A DNA stretch of 64,000 bases from an uncultured Chloroflexia bacterium (GCA_963765765.1 CAVXYC010000001.1:32001-96000); one strand, 5' to 3'. Shown: positions 40,081 to 50,821, counted from the first letter of the stretch. Numbers and translations are program-made. The notes: generated from the letters alone by a model not told the origin.

Positions 40081-41834
40081 CGGGGCTGGCTCACCACGTC
40101 CACTAGTGCTGGACGCCCTTCCTGGACGGCCTTCAGAGCCTGGTTGAGGGCCGGGCCCAGCTGGTCGGGTTGCTCGATTGGCCCCCAGGCCTCCACGTCG
40201 AACGCTTTTGCGAGGGTCGCGAAATCGGTGTTCGGCTGCGTGATCTCGATCCCGATCATGCGATTCTCGACCGGCCGCCCGCGCATCTCGGCCATGTGCG
40301 CCTGGTGTCCCTCGTCCTGGAAGTAGGCGCGATTGTTGTGCACCACCATGAGCACCGGGATCTGGTGATGCGCGGCCGTCCACAGGGCGCTGGGCGTATA
40401 GAGCAGATCGCCATCGCCCATGACACTGATGCAAATGCGGCCGACTTCGCGTAGCGCCACCGCCGCGCCCATGGCGCCGCCGGCGGAGAAGCCCACACCG
40501 CCACCTCCGCCGCTCCCGCCCAGGTAGTGATGCGGCTCGGTGATGGTCCATTGCGCACGGTTCATGGCGCGGCCGTTGACGCGCGTGAATGGGAGCTCGC
40601 GTGCCGCTTCCCAGAGCTCACCCGACATGCGAAGCGTGGAGATTGGCTGCGAGCTCCAGTTCTGATCCGCGCGCTGCAGCACGCTGGCGATGACGTCCCG
40701 ACGACGACGTTCTATCGTGGCTCGACGAGCCTCGATGCGACTTGAGCTGCTCGAGTCTGCCTCACTGGCCCGGCGGCACTCGTCCAGAAGAAGTGGGATG
40801 GCAACTGAGGTGTTCCCGGTCATGGCGATATCGATCGGGAAGATCCGACCGATGTCGACGACCCAACGCTGCGGCACGTAATCGGTCAGCGAGATGCTGA
40901 TAACCTTCGCGCCAGCACGCAGCGGCGGCTCGGCATCAGAACGATCGCGGCCAACTTCAGAGAACGTCGCCTCGAGATCGTCTACATCGAGCGCAAGGAT
41001 GACATCGGCTTCGCGTAGCACGCGACTGAAATCGAGCGTGAGGTCCAACGAATGAGTGGTCGGTACGTTGAAGCGCGCGCCTCGATCGATGATCGCCGCG
41101 CCAAGCTGCTCACTGAGCTGGCTGAGGGCGGGCAACACTGAAGGATTGCGACCGACAGACTCGGCGATGATGACCGGGTATTCAGCGCCCACCAGAAGGC
41201 CGGCGGCATCGCGAAGCGCCTCCGGGTTGGGAGCGGGTGGTGCCGCGGGCTGATACTGAGATGGATTCGGAAGTCTGAGCGGCGTGGTGATCCGCTCTTC
41301 TTGAATCCCGGCATCCAGGCAGACGTACACCGGCCCTCGCGGCTCAGTCATGGCGATACGGTACGCGCGCAGGAGTGATTCGGGGATCGCTTCCACGGAT
41401 GCCGGCTGATCGTCCCACTTGACGTAGTCGCGCACTTGCTGACCTTGCACCAGGGCCGTGTGCACCCAATCGATCCAGGGGCGACGCTGACGCGTGTCCA
41501 TTGGACCGGTACCGCCCAGCACCATCAACGGCACGCGGTCGCACCAGGCGTTGAAGATGGCCATGCTCGCGTGCTGAAGACCCACGATGTCATGGACGAT
41601 GGCGCCCATGAGCTTGCCCGACGCCTGGGCGTAGCCGTGGGCCATTGCCACGGCAATCTCCTCATGGCAGGCCAGCAGCATCTCCGGCCCACCCTCGCCG
41701 AAATTCACCATCGAGTCGTGCAGCCCTCGCCAGCTTGCACCGGGGTTTGCCGCGGCGTAGTCGACACCAAGCGCTCGCAGCATTTCAACGACAATGTCCG
41801 AGCCATATTCAGCCCGGGATTCGAGGTACTCCAT
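40077..41834 (-). CDS. Thiamine diphosphate-dependent enzyme (acetolactate synthase/benzoylformate decarboxylase-like)
   Basis: NPGASWRGLHDS, CHEEIAVAMAHGY, GDGDLLY...NN. Confidence 0.92.
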   Translation of the reverse strand: MEYLESRAEYGSDIVVEMLRALGVDYAAANPGASWRGLHDSMVNFGEGGPEMLLACHEEIAVAMAHGYAQASGKLMGAIVHDIVGLQHASMAIFNAWCDRVPLMVLGGTGPMDTRQRRPWIDWVHTALVQGQQVRDYVKWDDQPASVEAIPESLLRAYRIAMTEPRGPVYVCLDAGIQEERITTPLRLPNPSQYQPAAPPAPNPEALRDAAGLLVGAEYPVIIAESVGRNPSVLPALSQLSEQLGAAIIDRGARFNVPTTHSLDLTLDFSRVLREADVILALDVDDLEATFSEVGRDRSDAEPPLRAGAKVISISLTDYVPQRWVVDIGRIFPIDIAMTGNTSVAIPLLLDECRRASEADSSSSSRIEARRATIERRRRDVIASVLQRADQNWSSQPISTLRMSGELWEAARELPFTRVNGRAMNRAQWTITEPHHYLGGSGGGGGVGFSAGGAMGAAVALREVGRICISVMGDGDLLYTPSALWTAAHHQIPVLMVVHNNRAYFQDEGHQAHMAEMRGRPVENRMIGIEITQPNTDFATLAKAFDVEAWGPIEQPDQLGPALNQALKAVQEGRPALVDVVSQPR

Positions 41835-41865
41835 TGATCGCCTCTCCCTTTTTCATCCCAACCAC

Positions 41866-41904
41866 CGGACAGAGCCGCATCCCGTAAGGATGCGGCTCTG
41901 TCCG
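41866..41904. repeat. REP-like hairpin, same family as 26532-26624
   Basis: CGGACAGAGCCGCATCC-CGTAA-GGATGCGGCTCTGTCCG. Confidence 0.8.
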
Positions 41905-41920
41905 TGGTTGGATAAGATCG

Positions 41921-42991
41921 TCAGCCGATGATGCTCTTGCCGCCGAAGCGCTCCTGCCAGCGCGGCAGCACGTCCGTGTTAAATACGCAATCCGGTACCT
42001 CGCCGCGGAGCGCTGCGAGGACTGAGCGGGTGCCCCATTGCACGCCTGCGCCGAGTAAGCCAACACCGCGATTCGATGCGATCATGTGCGGCGAGAGCAG
42101 CACCTTGTCGCCCAGCTTGCGCAACGGGCTCTCCATGTCCAGAGGCTCATCTTCGAACGCGTCCAACGCGGCCGCCGCGATCACGTCGTTCTCAAGCGCC
42201 CGGGCCAGCGCTGCCTCGTCTACCACATAGCCACGCGACGTGTTCAGCAGCACCGCGCTCGGCTTCATCAGCTTGAATTCTTCCTCGCCAATCATGTGGC
42301 GAGTCTCCTTGGTCAGCGTCACGTGCAGACTGACTACGTCCGACTGCTGGAGCAGCGTCCGGAGATCCGTTTGTTCCACACCGCATTCGCCGAACTTTTC
42401 GCTGGGTACATACGGATCGCACGCCAGAATTTGAATACCCCACGGTCGCATCAGCTTGGAGACCCGCGCTCCAATACGGCCCAGCCCGACGATTCCAAGG
42501 GTGATCCCTGGGTAGCCGTCCTCTTCACGAGAGCCGATGTAGGAGCCCTCAAGGGCGGAGTCACGCCAGTAGCCGCCGGACTTGAGGTGCCGGTCACGCT
42601 CGCGGAGTTTCTTCATGACGCAGAGCATGATCGAGATCGTGCCTTCGGCCACCGCGCCCCAATTAGATTCGGTGGGGGCGTTCGTCACGAGGATGCCCAT
42701 CTCCGTCGCGGCGTCCACATCGATGTCATCGACACCGATCGTGTACTTGGCAATGACTCGGAGGTTCTCTGATGCTTCCATGACGCGTCGCGTAATTGGT
42801 GTGCTGCGAATAGACGTCCCGCACATCGCATCCGCGCCCTGTGCCATGGCAACCATCTCGGACTCGTTATCGCCCATGGGTGTTTCCCAGGAGGCGCTTC
42901 CAAGCACCAATTTACAGCCCGCGGCCTCCATCGTCTGATGGGTATCCCCCGACTTATCCGCCGGGGCAAAGATGAACACGTTTGCAGACAT
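41921..42991 (-). CDS. D-isomer-specific 2-hydroxyacid dehydrogenase (SerA-like)
   Basis: GIVGLGRIG, LNTSRG, LDAFEDEP, LSPHM. Confidence 0.92.
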   Translation of the reverse strand: MSANVFIFAPADKSGDTHQTMEAAGCKLVLGSASWETPMGDNESEMVAMAQGADAMCGTSIRSTPITRRVMEASENLRVIAKYTIGVDDIDVDAATEMGILVTNAPTESNWGAVAEGTISIMLCVMKKLRERDRHLKSGGYWRDSALEGSYIGSREEDGYPGITLGIVGLGRIGARVSKLMRPWGIQILACDPYVPSEKFGECGVEQTDLRTLLQQSDVVSLHVTLTKETRHMIGEEEFKLMKPSAVLLNTSRGYVVDEAALARALENDVIAAAALDAFEDEPLDMESPLRKLGDKVLLSPHMIASNRGVGLLGAGVQWGTRSVLAALRGEVPDCVFNTDVLPRWQERFGGKSIIG

Positions 42992-43110
42992 TGCGCTCCT
43001 CCCTGAAACCGGCTGCCCGACCGACGACGGTCGGGCAGTGCGTTCTAGAGTACAACGGCCCGTGAGAACGCGCACGCAATGGAGACACCGCAGTTGCTGG
43101 GGGTGGAATG

Positions 43111-45018
43111 CTACTGAATGGACTTTGGCAGGCGCACGATCATGACACGGCTGGGCTGGCTGGTGAGCTGGATCTCACCGTTCTTGTCTGCTTCTGCCAG
43201 GCCGAAGTCGTTGTCGCCGGTGATCGCTAGAGTGGTGTCGTCCACGATCGTAAGGCCCTCAAACTTCTCGACCTTGAAACCCAACTTCGCCAGGTCAACC
43301 ACCGTCTCCTTGGTCACCGGATCGATATTCGCCTTCTTCAGGTCAGCCTCCGAAAGCTGTTCCAGCGTCTTCCCACTCACCGCGTCATGCGACTTGACGT
43401 TCGTCGCATTGGAGGTGTCCACGGAATAGACCATCCGATGAGGACCCCCCTCCCGACTATCGCGCTCAGCTACGAGGAGACGCGTGGAGGAGACCGCCGC
43501 CATATCACCGACCTTGATGTCATCCTGGTCAGGAGATCGAACTTTCGAGGCGTCTTCGGCCAGGTACAGATAGACGCCCTGGAGGGAGACATCGTCGGCT
43601 TTGCTGGTGTCTAGGACGACAATGCGGTGAACGCGGGATTCCTCGCCGTCTTTCCGGCTCGGGTTCGAGAGCGGACTCTGCATGATGGCGAAAACTCGCG
43701 AGCCGTCGGGGGAAACGGCAATCCCCTCGAAGCCTCGATTGGCCTTGCGTTTGACCAGCACGCTCGGCAGCATTTCGGTGATGTTCTCTCCGGGCGCGTC
43801 GAGGTTTAAACCACTGGGTACGAAACGCTGCTTGACCGTTCCATCCGGACCAATGTGCACAATGCTCGGGCCGTACTCATCGGCGACCCAGAATGAGCCG
43901 TCGCGTGGGTCGCGTGCTAGGCCCTCACTATCCACGCCGTTGGGGTCATAGGGCACTCGATCGCGACTCATGGTGTAACCGGGACCGTCGTGATCGCCGG
44001 TGCTGATCCCACTTACTTCGCGGGAGCCGGTGGTCTGATCCAAGTATCCATCGGGCAATCGCAGTGGAATGGAATCGGTCAACCGTGCCGTATCGCTATC
44101 CACCGTCACCATCAGAATGCGTGGCGAGTAGTCCGGAACAGCGAAAACGGCCTGATTGCGACTCCGGAAGAACACGTTCGGCCCGCGGTCGGTCAGAATC
44201 GCGAACTTAGTGCCGCTTGTGTCCATTGAAACGATGCCGGAGAAGCCGCCCATCTCGATCTGGTCATTCAGCATCGGCGCTTCGAAGGTAGCTTCCGTCT
44301 CAATGGCCGCCACACGGACGGGCGGTCGTGAAGCTGGCGTGGCCGTGACAGCCTCACTTGTTGCTCGTGGCGGCTCGGCCGTGGGGGCAGCGACGGACGA
44401 ACGTGTTTCATTGGTAGGGGGGACAACACTTCCGGTCGTGGATCCGCCGCTCGACGATGCCCCTCCGGCGAGGATCACATTATCAACTCGGGCCGACATG
44501 TTCACAGCAGGTCCGATGGCGTCGTCGAGCGACACAGAGCCCGTCGGACCAAACATCGTGACCATCACGATAATTCCGTCCTTCCGAAACATGTATCGAT
44601 ACGCACCGGGTTGCGTGCCTGACGGAGGTGCCGAAAGACCAGCCGCCTCATCACCCAGCAACGGCACTATGGATAATCGAGCACCAGCAGCAACGGCGCC
44701 GTCAATCATGAGCTGAAAAGTATCGTGGGCTGCGTTGGCGTCCGAGACGCGCCCGATCGAGGAGACGAGCCTCACCGGACCCGACTCGCGCTCGAACCCA
44801 ACACTATGAGCCTCCAGCCCCTGTGTTGGCGGGAACTGCTCCTGAACGGGCGACGTAACGCCCCGGTAGGTGGGAGGCAGATCATCAAGGGTCAGAAGAC
44901 CGTCTGTCAGGACATTCGATGGAGTCTGGGCAGAGACAAGCGCCGTGGCTAGAAGTAGCCAGGCGCTGAGCAAGATGGCTAGCCCAGCGGTGACACGAAC
45001 CAATCGGTCTCTCCTCAT
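43111..45018 (-). CDS. Secreted esterase-like activity of phytase family protein with an extra N-terminal domain
   Basis: Signal peptide; LLTLDDLP N-terminal domain; linker; GGFSG, LTDRGPN, DSEG, ADEYGP, NRGFEG, EKFEG, DNDFG. Confidence 0.9.
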   Translation of the reverse strand: MRRDRLVRVTAGLAILLSAWLLLATALVSAQTPSNVLTDGLLTLDDLPPTYRGVTSPVQEQFPPTQGLEAHSVGFERESGPVRLVSSIGRVSDANAAHDTFQLMIDGAVAAGARLSIVPLLGDEAAGLSAPPSGTQPGAYRYMFRKDGIIVMVTMFGPTGSVSLDDAIGPAVNMSARVDNVILAGGASSSGGSTTGSVVPPTNETRSSVAAPTAEPPRATSEAVTATPASRPPVRVAAIETEATFEAPMLNDQIEMGGFSGIVSMDTSGTKFAILTDRGPNVFFRSRNQAVFAVPDYSPRILMVTVDSDTARLTDSIPLRLPDGYLDQTTGSREVSGISTGDHDGPGYTMSRDRVPYDPNGVDSEGLARDPRDGSFWVADEYGPSIVHIGPDGTVKQRFVPSGLNLDAPGENITEMLPSVLVKRKANRGFEGIAVSPDGSRVFAIMQSPLSNPSRKDGEESRVHRIVVLDTSKADDVSLQGVYLYLAEDASKVRSPDQDDIKVGDMAAVSSTRLLVAERDSREGGPHRMVYSVDTSNATNVKSHDAVSGKTLEQLSEADLKKANIDPVTKETVVDLAKLGFKVEKFEGLTIVDDTTLAITGDNDFGLAEADKNGEIQLTSQPSRVMIVRLPKSIQ

Positions 45019-45373
45019 CCGACGTGGGTCGTGGTGACCCTCGCAGGATCGTACGCAAGCTGGAGGTCTGAGAACGGCAATCTTTTCCGGCAGTGGACCG
45101 TCCTGCGATGACCGGACGAGCGAACGTCACCCCAGAGGATTTGATGGTCCAACGATTGTAGGTCTGTCTCGATTCACCTGAAGAATTCGAGTCGGCCCGG
45201 GCGGCAGGCGAAATGTCGGACGGCGCAAGTGTATCGCCGTCTTCCGTACGGGCGCCATTACGGCGCAGGGACCGCGGTCTTAATCATTTGCTTATAAATT
45301 CCACATACGTGCCTAATATTCATTTCATACACTATGAGTGCGATGACTTCCTCCATCTTCGCGGGAGACACAG

Positions 45374-47680
45374 TTGGCACTGCACGTAGGACAATTCAAT
45401 CATTCAGCAGGGATCCAGGGCTGGCTCTCCGTAGCCGTGCACACTCTGGCATCGTGGCGATACCGCTCGTCAAGCTCGCGCGACTATCGGCTCGATCTTC
45501 TACGCGGCTTCTGCGTCTTCGCGATGATCGTGGACCATGTTGGCGGTGCCTCCTGGCTCTACGGCCTGACTGGCGGTAATCGCGGCATCGTCTCAGCAGG
45601 TGAAGGATTCGTCTTTCTCTCTGGGCTTATCGCGGGTCTGGTTTACTCCCGCAAAATGCTGCGCCACGGCCTTACTTCTACCACGTGGGCTCTACTCAAA
45701 CGCGCCCGATTGCTTTACATGATTACGGTCGCCATGACGCTGGCGTTCGTAGGTCTGGCAGTTTGGTCCGATCTCGCGTTATGGGTGGATCGAACATCCG
45801 GTTTGGGCGCTGATACCTGGCAGGACGTGATCGTTGGAACGCTCACCCTTCGCTACGCCTACCACGGGTCTGACATTCTGGCCATCTATACCATCCTACT
45901 GGCCGTGTCCCCCGTACTGTTCTTCCTACTGCGCGCGGGCAAGGTCGGCTGGGTTCTGTTCGGCTCATGGAGCTTGTGGGCCGCCTATGCTCTTTTTCCT
46001 GGCGTGCTCAATATATGGGATATCCAGAACGCCCGTTACTTCCCGATCGCCGCGTGGCAAATGCTCTTCGTGACGGGTCTCGTTATCGGCTTCTCCGTGG
46101 TCAAGGCGGAACAGCGCGGACCGATTCGATGGTCGGTCGCAATTCAAGCCGCGGCTCCCTGGGCGGCGTTGGCAGCGGTCCTGCTGACCGTAGTGGCCTG
46201 GACGCGCGCAACCAATCCAATGGACATCTTGCCGAGTGCGTCGTTCAACCCAACGGGATTGGAATACGAGCGCTGGGCTACAGGCATCTGGGACAAGGTG
46301 TATCTAGGGCCGGGCCGCCTGGTCGGGTTCGCGACCATCGCCGCACTCTCATATGCGACCCTCACACTGTTCTGGCGACCCATTGATCGTGCCGTAAGTT
46401 GGCTCCTGGTCCCGCTGGGCGCGGGCTCACTCTACGCATACGTCTCTCACCTTTTCATCGTTGTAGCCGGCTATAACCTGGCCCTGCTGGGCTTCGACGA
46501 GCCCGAGCTTATCGGGCGAAATACGTTTGCTCAGCTTGGTCTTGTGCTCTTCGTCTGGGCACTGGTACAGCTTCCATCTACATTGAAGGACACTCGAAAC
46601 GTGATTGGCCGAATGTTCCGACCGCGTGGACTAATGATTCCGCGCAGCCTCGCCGGAATCTTGACCGCGGTGACTATGCTTCTGCTCATGGGACATGAGC
46701 CCGTTTCTTCGGCACCCCGGTTGCCCGACCCGAGACAGGTGCAGATACCGCCGTTCATGCCGCCGGCGCCCCCTCAGGTGGCTTCCTCGGTGAGCCCACC
46801 CGTGGTGAGCCCCGGAGTCCTATCGCCCACGGTTCCCGGCGACGAGCTCATGATTCCTGGGCTTACCGTGGCCACGGAGGGCCCCCGGTCTCTACCACTG
46901 CGCGGCGGGCAGCTCTGGCCGCAAGCTTTCATGAGCCAATCGCTCAACCGATTGATGCCTTACTACGTCTATCTGCCGCCGGGCTATGAGTCGGGAGTGG
47001 GCCGATATCCGGTGCTCTACCTGCTCCATGGCTATTACGGTAGCTTCATCGAATGGGCAGAGGTGGGCATTCACCAGGCCGCGGACGAGCTCATCCGATC
47101 TGGGCAGATCCAGCCGATGATCATCGTGATGCCCGAGGGTGAGCAGAGCTACTACGTCAATCACGGTAATGACGGTCCGCGCTGGGGTGACTACATCGTA
47201 AGCGATGTTGTGAAAGAGGTCGATCGGAACTTCCGCACGATCCCTTCGGCTGAGTCACGGGCTATTGGTGGACTCTCAATGGGAGGCACCGGTGCCCTGC
47301 ACCTAGCGTTCAGCCATCCAAGCGAGTTCGGCATTGTTGGAGCTCACGCGCCAACTCTCAAGTGGGAGAGGCCCGAGGATAAGTTCTCCTTTGCCGACGA
47401 TGAGTACTACCGCTCGGTGAATCCTCTAGTTGAGGCAAGCGAGCTCGATGGAATCGACAATCTGATCATCCTGCTGGACATTGGTGATGATGACGCTGGC
47501 TGGTTCAGCTTAGATCAGCTCCACGATGCGCTCGACGAGCGGTCCATTCCCAACGAGCTGGTCTATCTAAAGGGGAGCCACTCAGCGGAGTACTGGATCG
47601 AGCACCAGTGGTATTACCTGCCGGCATACGATCGAGCGTTCCGCACCGGGCAGTTCCAGGTTGTAGTAGCAAGCGAGTAA
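45374..47680 (+). CDS. OpgC-domain membrane protein fused to a C-terminal alpha/beta-hydrolase (putative esterase)
   Basis: RDYRLDLLRG..VDH..SAGEGFVFLSG, DILAIY, AWQMLF; Pro-rich linker; VYLPPGY, YPVLYLLHG, GLSMGG, GSHSAEYW. Confidence 0.88.
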   Translation: MALHVGQFNHSAGIQGWLSVAVHTLASWRYRSSSSRDYRLDLLRGFCVFAMIVDHVGGASWLYGLTGGNRGIVSAGEGFVFLSGLIAGLVYSRKMLRHGLTSTTWALLKRARLLYMITVAMTLAFVGLAVWSDLALWVDRTSGLGADTWQDVIVGTLTLRYAYHGSDILAIYTILLAVSPVLFFLLRAGKVGWVLFGSWSLWAAYALFPGVLNIWDIQNARYFPIAAWQMLFVTGLVIGFSVVKAEQRGPIRWSVAIQAAAPWAALAAVLLTVVAWTRATNPMDILPSASFNPTGLEYERWATGIWDKVYLGPGRLVGFATIAALSYATLTLFWRPIDRAVSWLLVPLGAGSLYAYVSHLFIVVAGYNLALLGFDEPELIGRNTFAQLGLVLFVWALVQLPSTLKDTRNVIGRMFRPRGLMIPRSLAGILTAVTMLLLMGHEPVSSAPRLPDPRQVQIPPFMPPAPPQVASSVSPPVVSPGVLSPTVPGDELMIPGLTVATEGPRSLPLRGGQLWPQAFMSQSLNRLMPYYVYLPPGYESGVGRYPVLYLLHGYYGSFIEWAEVGIHQAADELIRSGQIQPMIIVMPEGEQSYYVNHGNDGPRWGDYIVSDVVKEVDRNFRTIPSAESRAIGGLSMGGTGALHLAFSHPSEFGIVGAHAPTLKWERPEDKFSFADDEYYRSVNPLVEASELDGIDNLIILLDIGDDDAGWFSLDQLHDALDERSIPNELVYLKGSHSAEYWIEHQWYYLPAYDRAFRTGQFQVVVASE

Positions 47681-47688
47681 CGAGCAAT

Positions 47689-47777
47689 ACGTAGCACGAG
47701 GCCTTGTGCCCTATGCCTGTGTGAACCCAATTGGTATTGGGAATACCAGGCGTAGGGCACAAGGCCCCGTGCTACGT
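47689..47777. repeat. GTAG-tagged REP-like inverted pair
   Basis: ACGTAGCACGAGGCCTTGTGCCCTATGCCTG and its reverse complement at 47747-47777 (2 mismatches in 31). Confidence 0.8.
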
Positions 47778-47789
47778 CAATGTCAATCC

Positions 47790-48581
47790 TTAGTAGTCCA
47801 GCCGTCGATTGAGGAGGCGCAGGAGACCTGCTTGGTCCATGTCGGGGAACTGTACCTCGAGCTCGAGCAGCACTTCTATTGGCTCGAAATCTCTGGAGTC
47901 ACTGCGCTGGCGAATTCGTAGCGACGTATCGCGCAGCTCATCCCAGTCCGCGGGTCGCTCGCCACGATCGTATGGGAGATCGAGGTACTGAAGCGCCCGC
48001 TCATCGCCAATCGCATCAAATGAATCACGCAGCTCCATGAATCTGATGGGCGGAAGTCCGTTTGCTAGAGCCTCGTGAACGATGAGTCGCTCAATGGCCC
48101 TGCGTGATGCACTGGAGAGGTCTATCAACGATGGATCCCTATCTTGGAGAAGCTGGTACAGATCGTCTTCTTCCTCGTCCGGATCATCGAAGATAGAGCG
48201 CTCGCGATGCTCCAAGTGGTCTTCAGCGTCCAGACCCGCCAGTACCTCGGCGGCCGTTGCACCGGTTGCCAGGCGAGAGAACGCCGCGCTTACGCGATCC
48301 TGGAGCATTCGCCAGTCGCTAAGCACCTCGAGATCCACAAACTGACGGTCCAGGTAACGCGTCGCCAGCGCGTCCTCGACGACGGCCGGGGAGGTATAGA
48401 GACTGGCAATGTCGGCTGGACTGGCGCCGCCTTTTACAGAGCGCTCTGCCATGAAGAGTCGGATCCGAGCAACCGCCTCAGGCGCAAGGTCTGCGAGGTC
48501 CGGTTGTAGCGTCGACAGATCATCCTGGATCTGTCGATCGTTCGATTCAAGATGTGGAGTGCGGTCCATAGGAAGCCTCAC
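47790..48581 (-). CDS. Hypothetical acidic protein with an internal tandem repeat
   Basis: 263-aa ORF; two related units of about 100 aa separated by an acidic linker. Confidence 0.7.
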   Translation of the reverse strand: MRLPMDRTPHLESNDRQIQDDLSTLQPDLADLAPEAVARIRLFMAERSVKGGASPADIASLYTSPAVVEDALATRYLDRQFVDLEVLSDWRMLQDRVSAAFSRLATGATAAEVLAGLDAEDHLEHRERSIFDDPDEEEDDLYQLLQDRDPSLIDLSSASRRAIERLIVHEALANGLPPIRFMELRDSFDAIGDERALQYLDLPYDRGERPADWDELRDTSLRIRQRSDSRDFEPIEVLLELEVQFPDMDQAGLLRLLNRRLDY

Positions 48582-48827
48582 TCTGATTATCGCTCGAATC
48601 GTACCAAGGCGTCAGATTTTTGAACCAGTGCCGGACAGGCGACACCTATGTGACAAATGGCACCAACATGACTCGCACGCCTCAGCCGATCCATAAGTCC
48701 GTCAAAGAAGCCTGTCCCGCGCGGAATCGCCGGCTGAATCAACCATTGGGTTGCAACCCAGCGGACAGGCCGCTCGTTTCGAGGGAAGGAGACGAATCCA
48801 CCGCAAAGCCGGAATGAAGGTACAAGC

Positions 48828-50736
48828 ATGACGCAGAAATGCGGGTTCACGCGCTGGAGATCGCGATGTGCCATCACGATTGCTGACGGTGCTCGTGACA
48901 ATCGGTGGTGCGATGCCAACGGCCCGCGCTCAGGGTCTGGGCTCCGATCCTCGGTTCGGCGCAGTCCAGGCGATCGACGCGCCCCACAAAGGGGCTGAAG
49001 CAGGCGTGCGCTGGGAACGCATCATGTTCCCCTGGGCCATGATGCAGCCTTCATCGGCGGACGAGCTGCTTCCCACGTACTACAGCGACGATCGCATTGC
49101 CTCTCAGGCACAGAGTGGAGTCACGGAGGTCGGTGTCATTGTCTACACTCCGGCCTGGGCGGCGATCGATCCGAACCGCGGCTGGAGTGCCGTGCCTCGA
49201 GGTCTCGACCTTCCAATCTCGGACAGTCGCAACGTCTTCGCCCGGTTCGTCAGCCGTCTTGCAGAGAAGTATCGCGGCACGGTAGATCACTGGATCGTCT
49301 GGAATGAGCCCGATCTGGTGAATCTCGAAACGGGGATCTCCGGAAACTGGGCCGGCACCGAGCGTGAGCTCTGGCAGCTCCAGAAGACCGCCTATCTTGC
49401 CATCAAGCAGGCGAATCCAAACGCCACAGTCATGCTGCCCGGCTTCTCTTACTGGCATTCTAAGGAGATCGGAAAGCCGCAGTATCTGAAGCGTCTGCTG
49501 GACATCGCCGCCGGAGATAGTACGGCGCCACAGAACAACTGGTACTTCGATGGCGTCACAGCGCACGCTTATGGAAATCCGTTCAATTCCTTTGCGCTTC
49601 CGGAGATGTATCGACGAATACTGTCGGAGCGTGGCCTGGAGCGCAAGCCAATCTGGATCACCGAGGCCAACGTGATCCCGTGGGATGATCCCATTGGCGT
49701 GATTCCTCGGGAGCCCTGGCGCGCCACGATGGATGAGCAAGCGTCATTTGTTGTGGAGTCACTCGCCCTGGCGCTCGCAGCCAATGTGGAGCGCATGAAC
49801 TACTACAAGCTTCTGGACGAGCAAGCCGAGGACGGTCAGTTCTTCGGGCTGGTGCGCTCGGATGGCAGTACTCGCCCCGCGTATCGGGCGATGCAGACGG
49901 CCTTCAGCGCCTTTTCCGGAGTTACTAACGCTCGGCTCACCTGGGATGGAAGCGCTGATCCGCTTTCGGCTGCCGACATGAATCGGCTGATCGACTCACT
50001 GCAGCCACGATTCCAATTCGTCTGTCCCTGCCAGGTGGCGCAGGTGGCAATGGAGCGTGCCGGTCAGCGCATTACCGTATTGTGGAATACGGAGCCCAAG
50101 CCGCTTACGGCAGTGGTCCAGGCGGCCGGATCAAATGCTACGCTGCTGATGCCAAATGGCACGACGAGCCCGCTGGCGGCTCAAGGAGACGAGCTTCGGG
50201 TCTATCTTTCCGGCGCGCGCTCGGACACTGAGCCTCGTGACGGCAGCGTGCGACTGGTCGGTGGACGACCTGTAATCCTTGTTGAGGAACTCGGCTCAGG
50301 TGCGCGCTCGAGTCGGCCGCCTCGCGTTGAGGCGGCCACACGATACGGATCGGGCTTTAGCATTGCCAATCCACAATTCCTGGATTACGTTTCTCAGAAC
50401 GGCGGCGTGGAGAATGTGGGGCAGCCCGTCTCACGTGAATTCGATTTGTTTGGCGCTCCGACACAGATCTTTCAGCGTCGAATTCTCCAGCTTGGTGACG
50501 ATGGCTCAGTGCGGCCCCTGGATCTGGCGCAGCTCCGAATCAACCCGGGTGGAGAACAAAACGTAGGGGATCTTCTTCGATCCGCGTTGACCGGCCAGAA
50601 TCTCAACTCACAACAAGAAGCCGCCGTGCGAAACAGTCCAGCCCTTAGGCAATACGACCCCAGCCAATCAGCCGGCGTGCGCTCCACCTCAGCTCTCCCA
50701 CGCTCCAACCTGAAATACGCGTTCGAACCGGAGTAG
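48828..50736 (+). CDS. Secreted clan GH-A glycoside hydrolase (GH5/GH39-like); probable frameshift in the signal peptide
   Basis: WIVWNEPD acid/base and PIWITE nucleophile motifs; C-terminal GG..GQPVSREF..QIFQR module. Confidence 0.8.
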
Positions 50737-50821
50737 GAGTCCCGGCGGCGCGCGTTGCAGCGTTTCAGATACCATGAACGCGCCACCCTCGGCGCTTTAG
50801 GCGGCTACGCCTTTCCCACGT

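Noticed and set aside
48715-48790. Possible c-di-AMP (GCTGAATC) or c-di-GMP-II (TGCAACC) riboswitch
   Set aside because: Only isolated words match; the other conserved elements and their order are missing.
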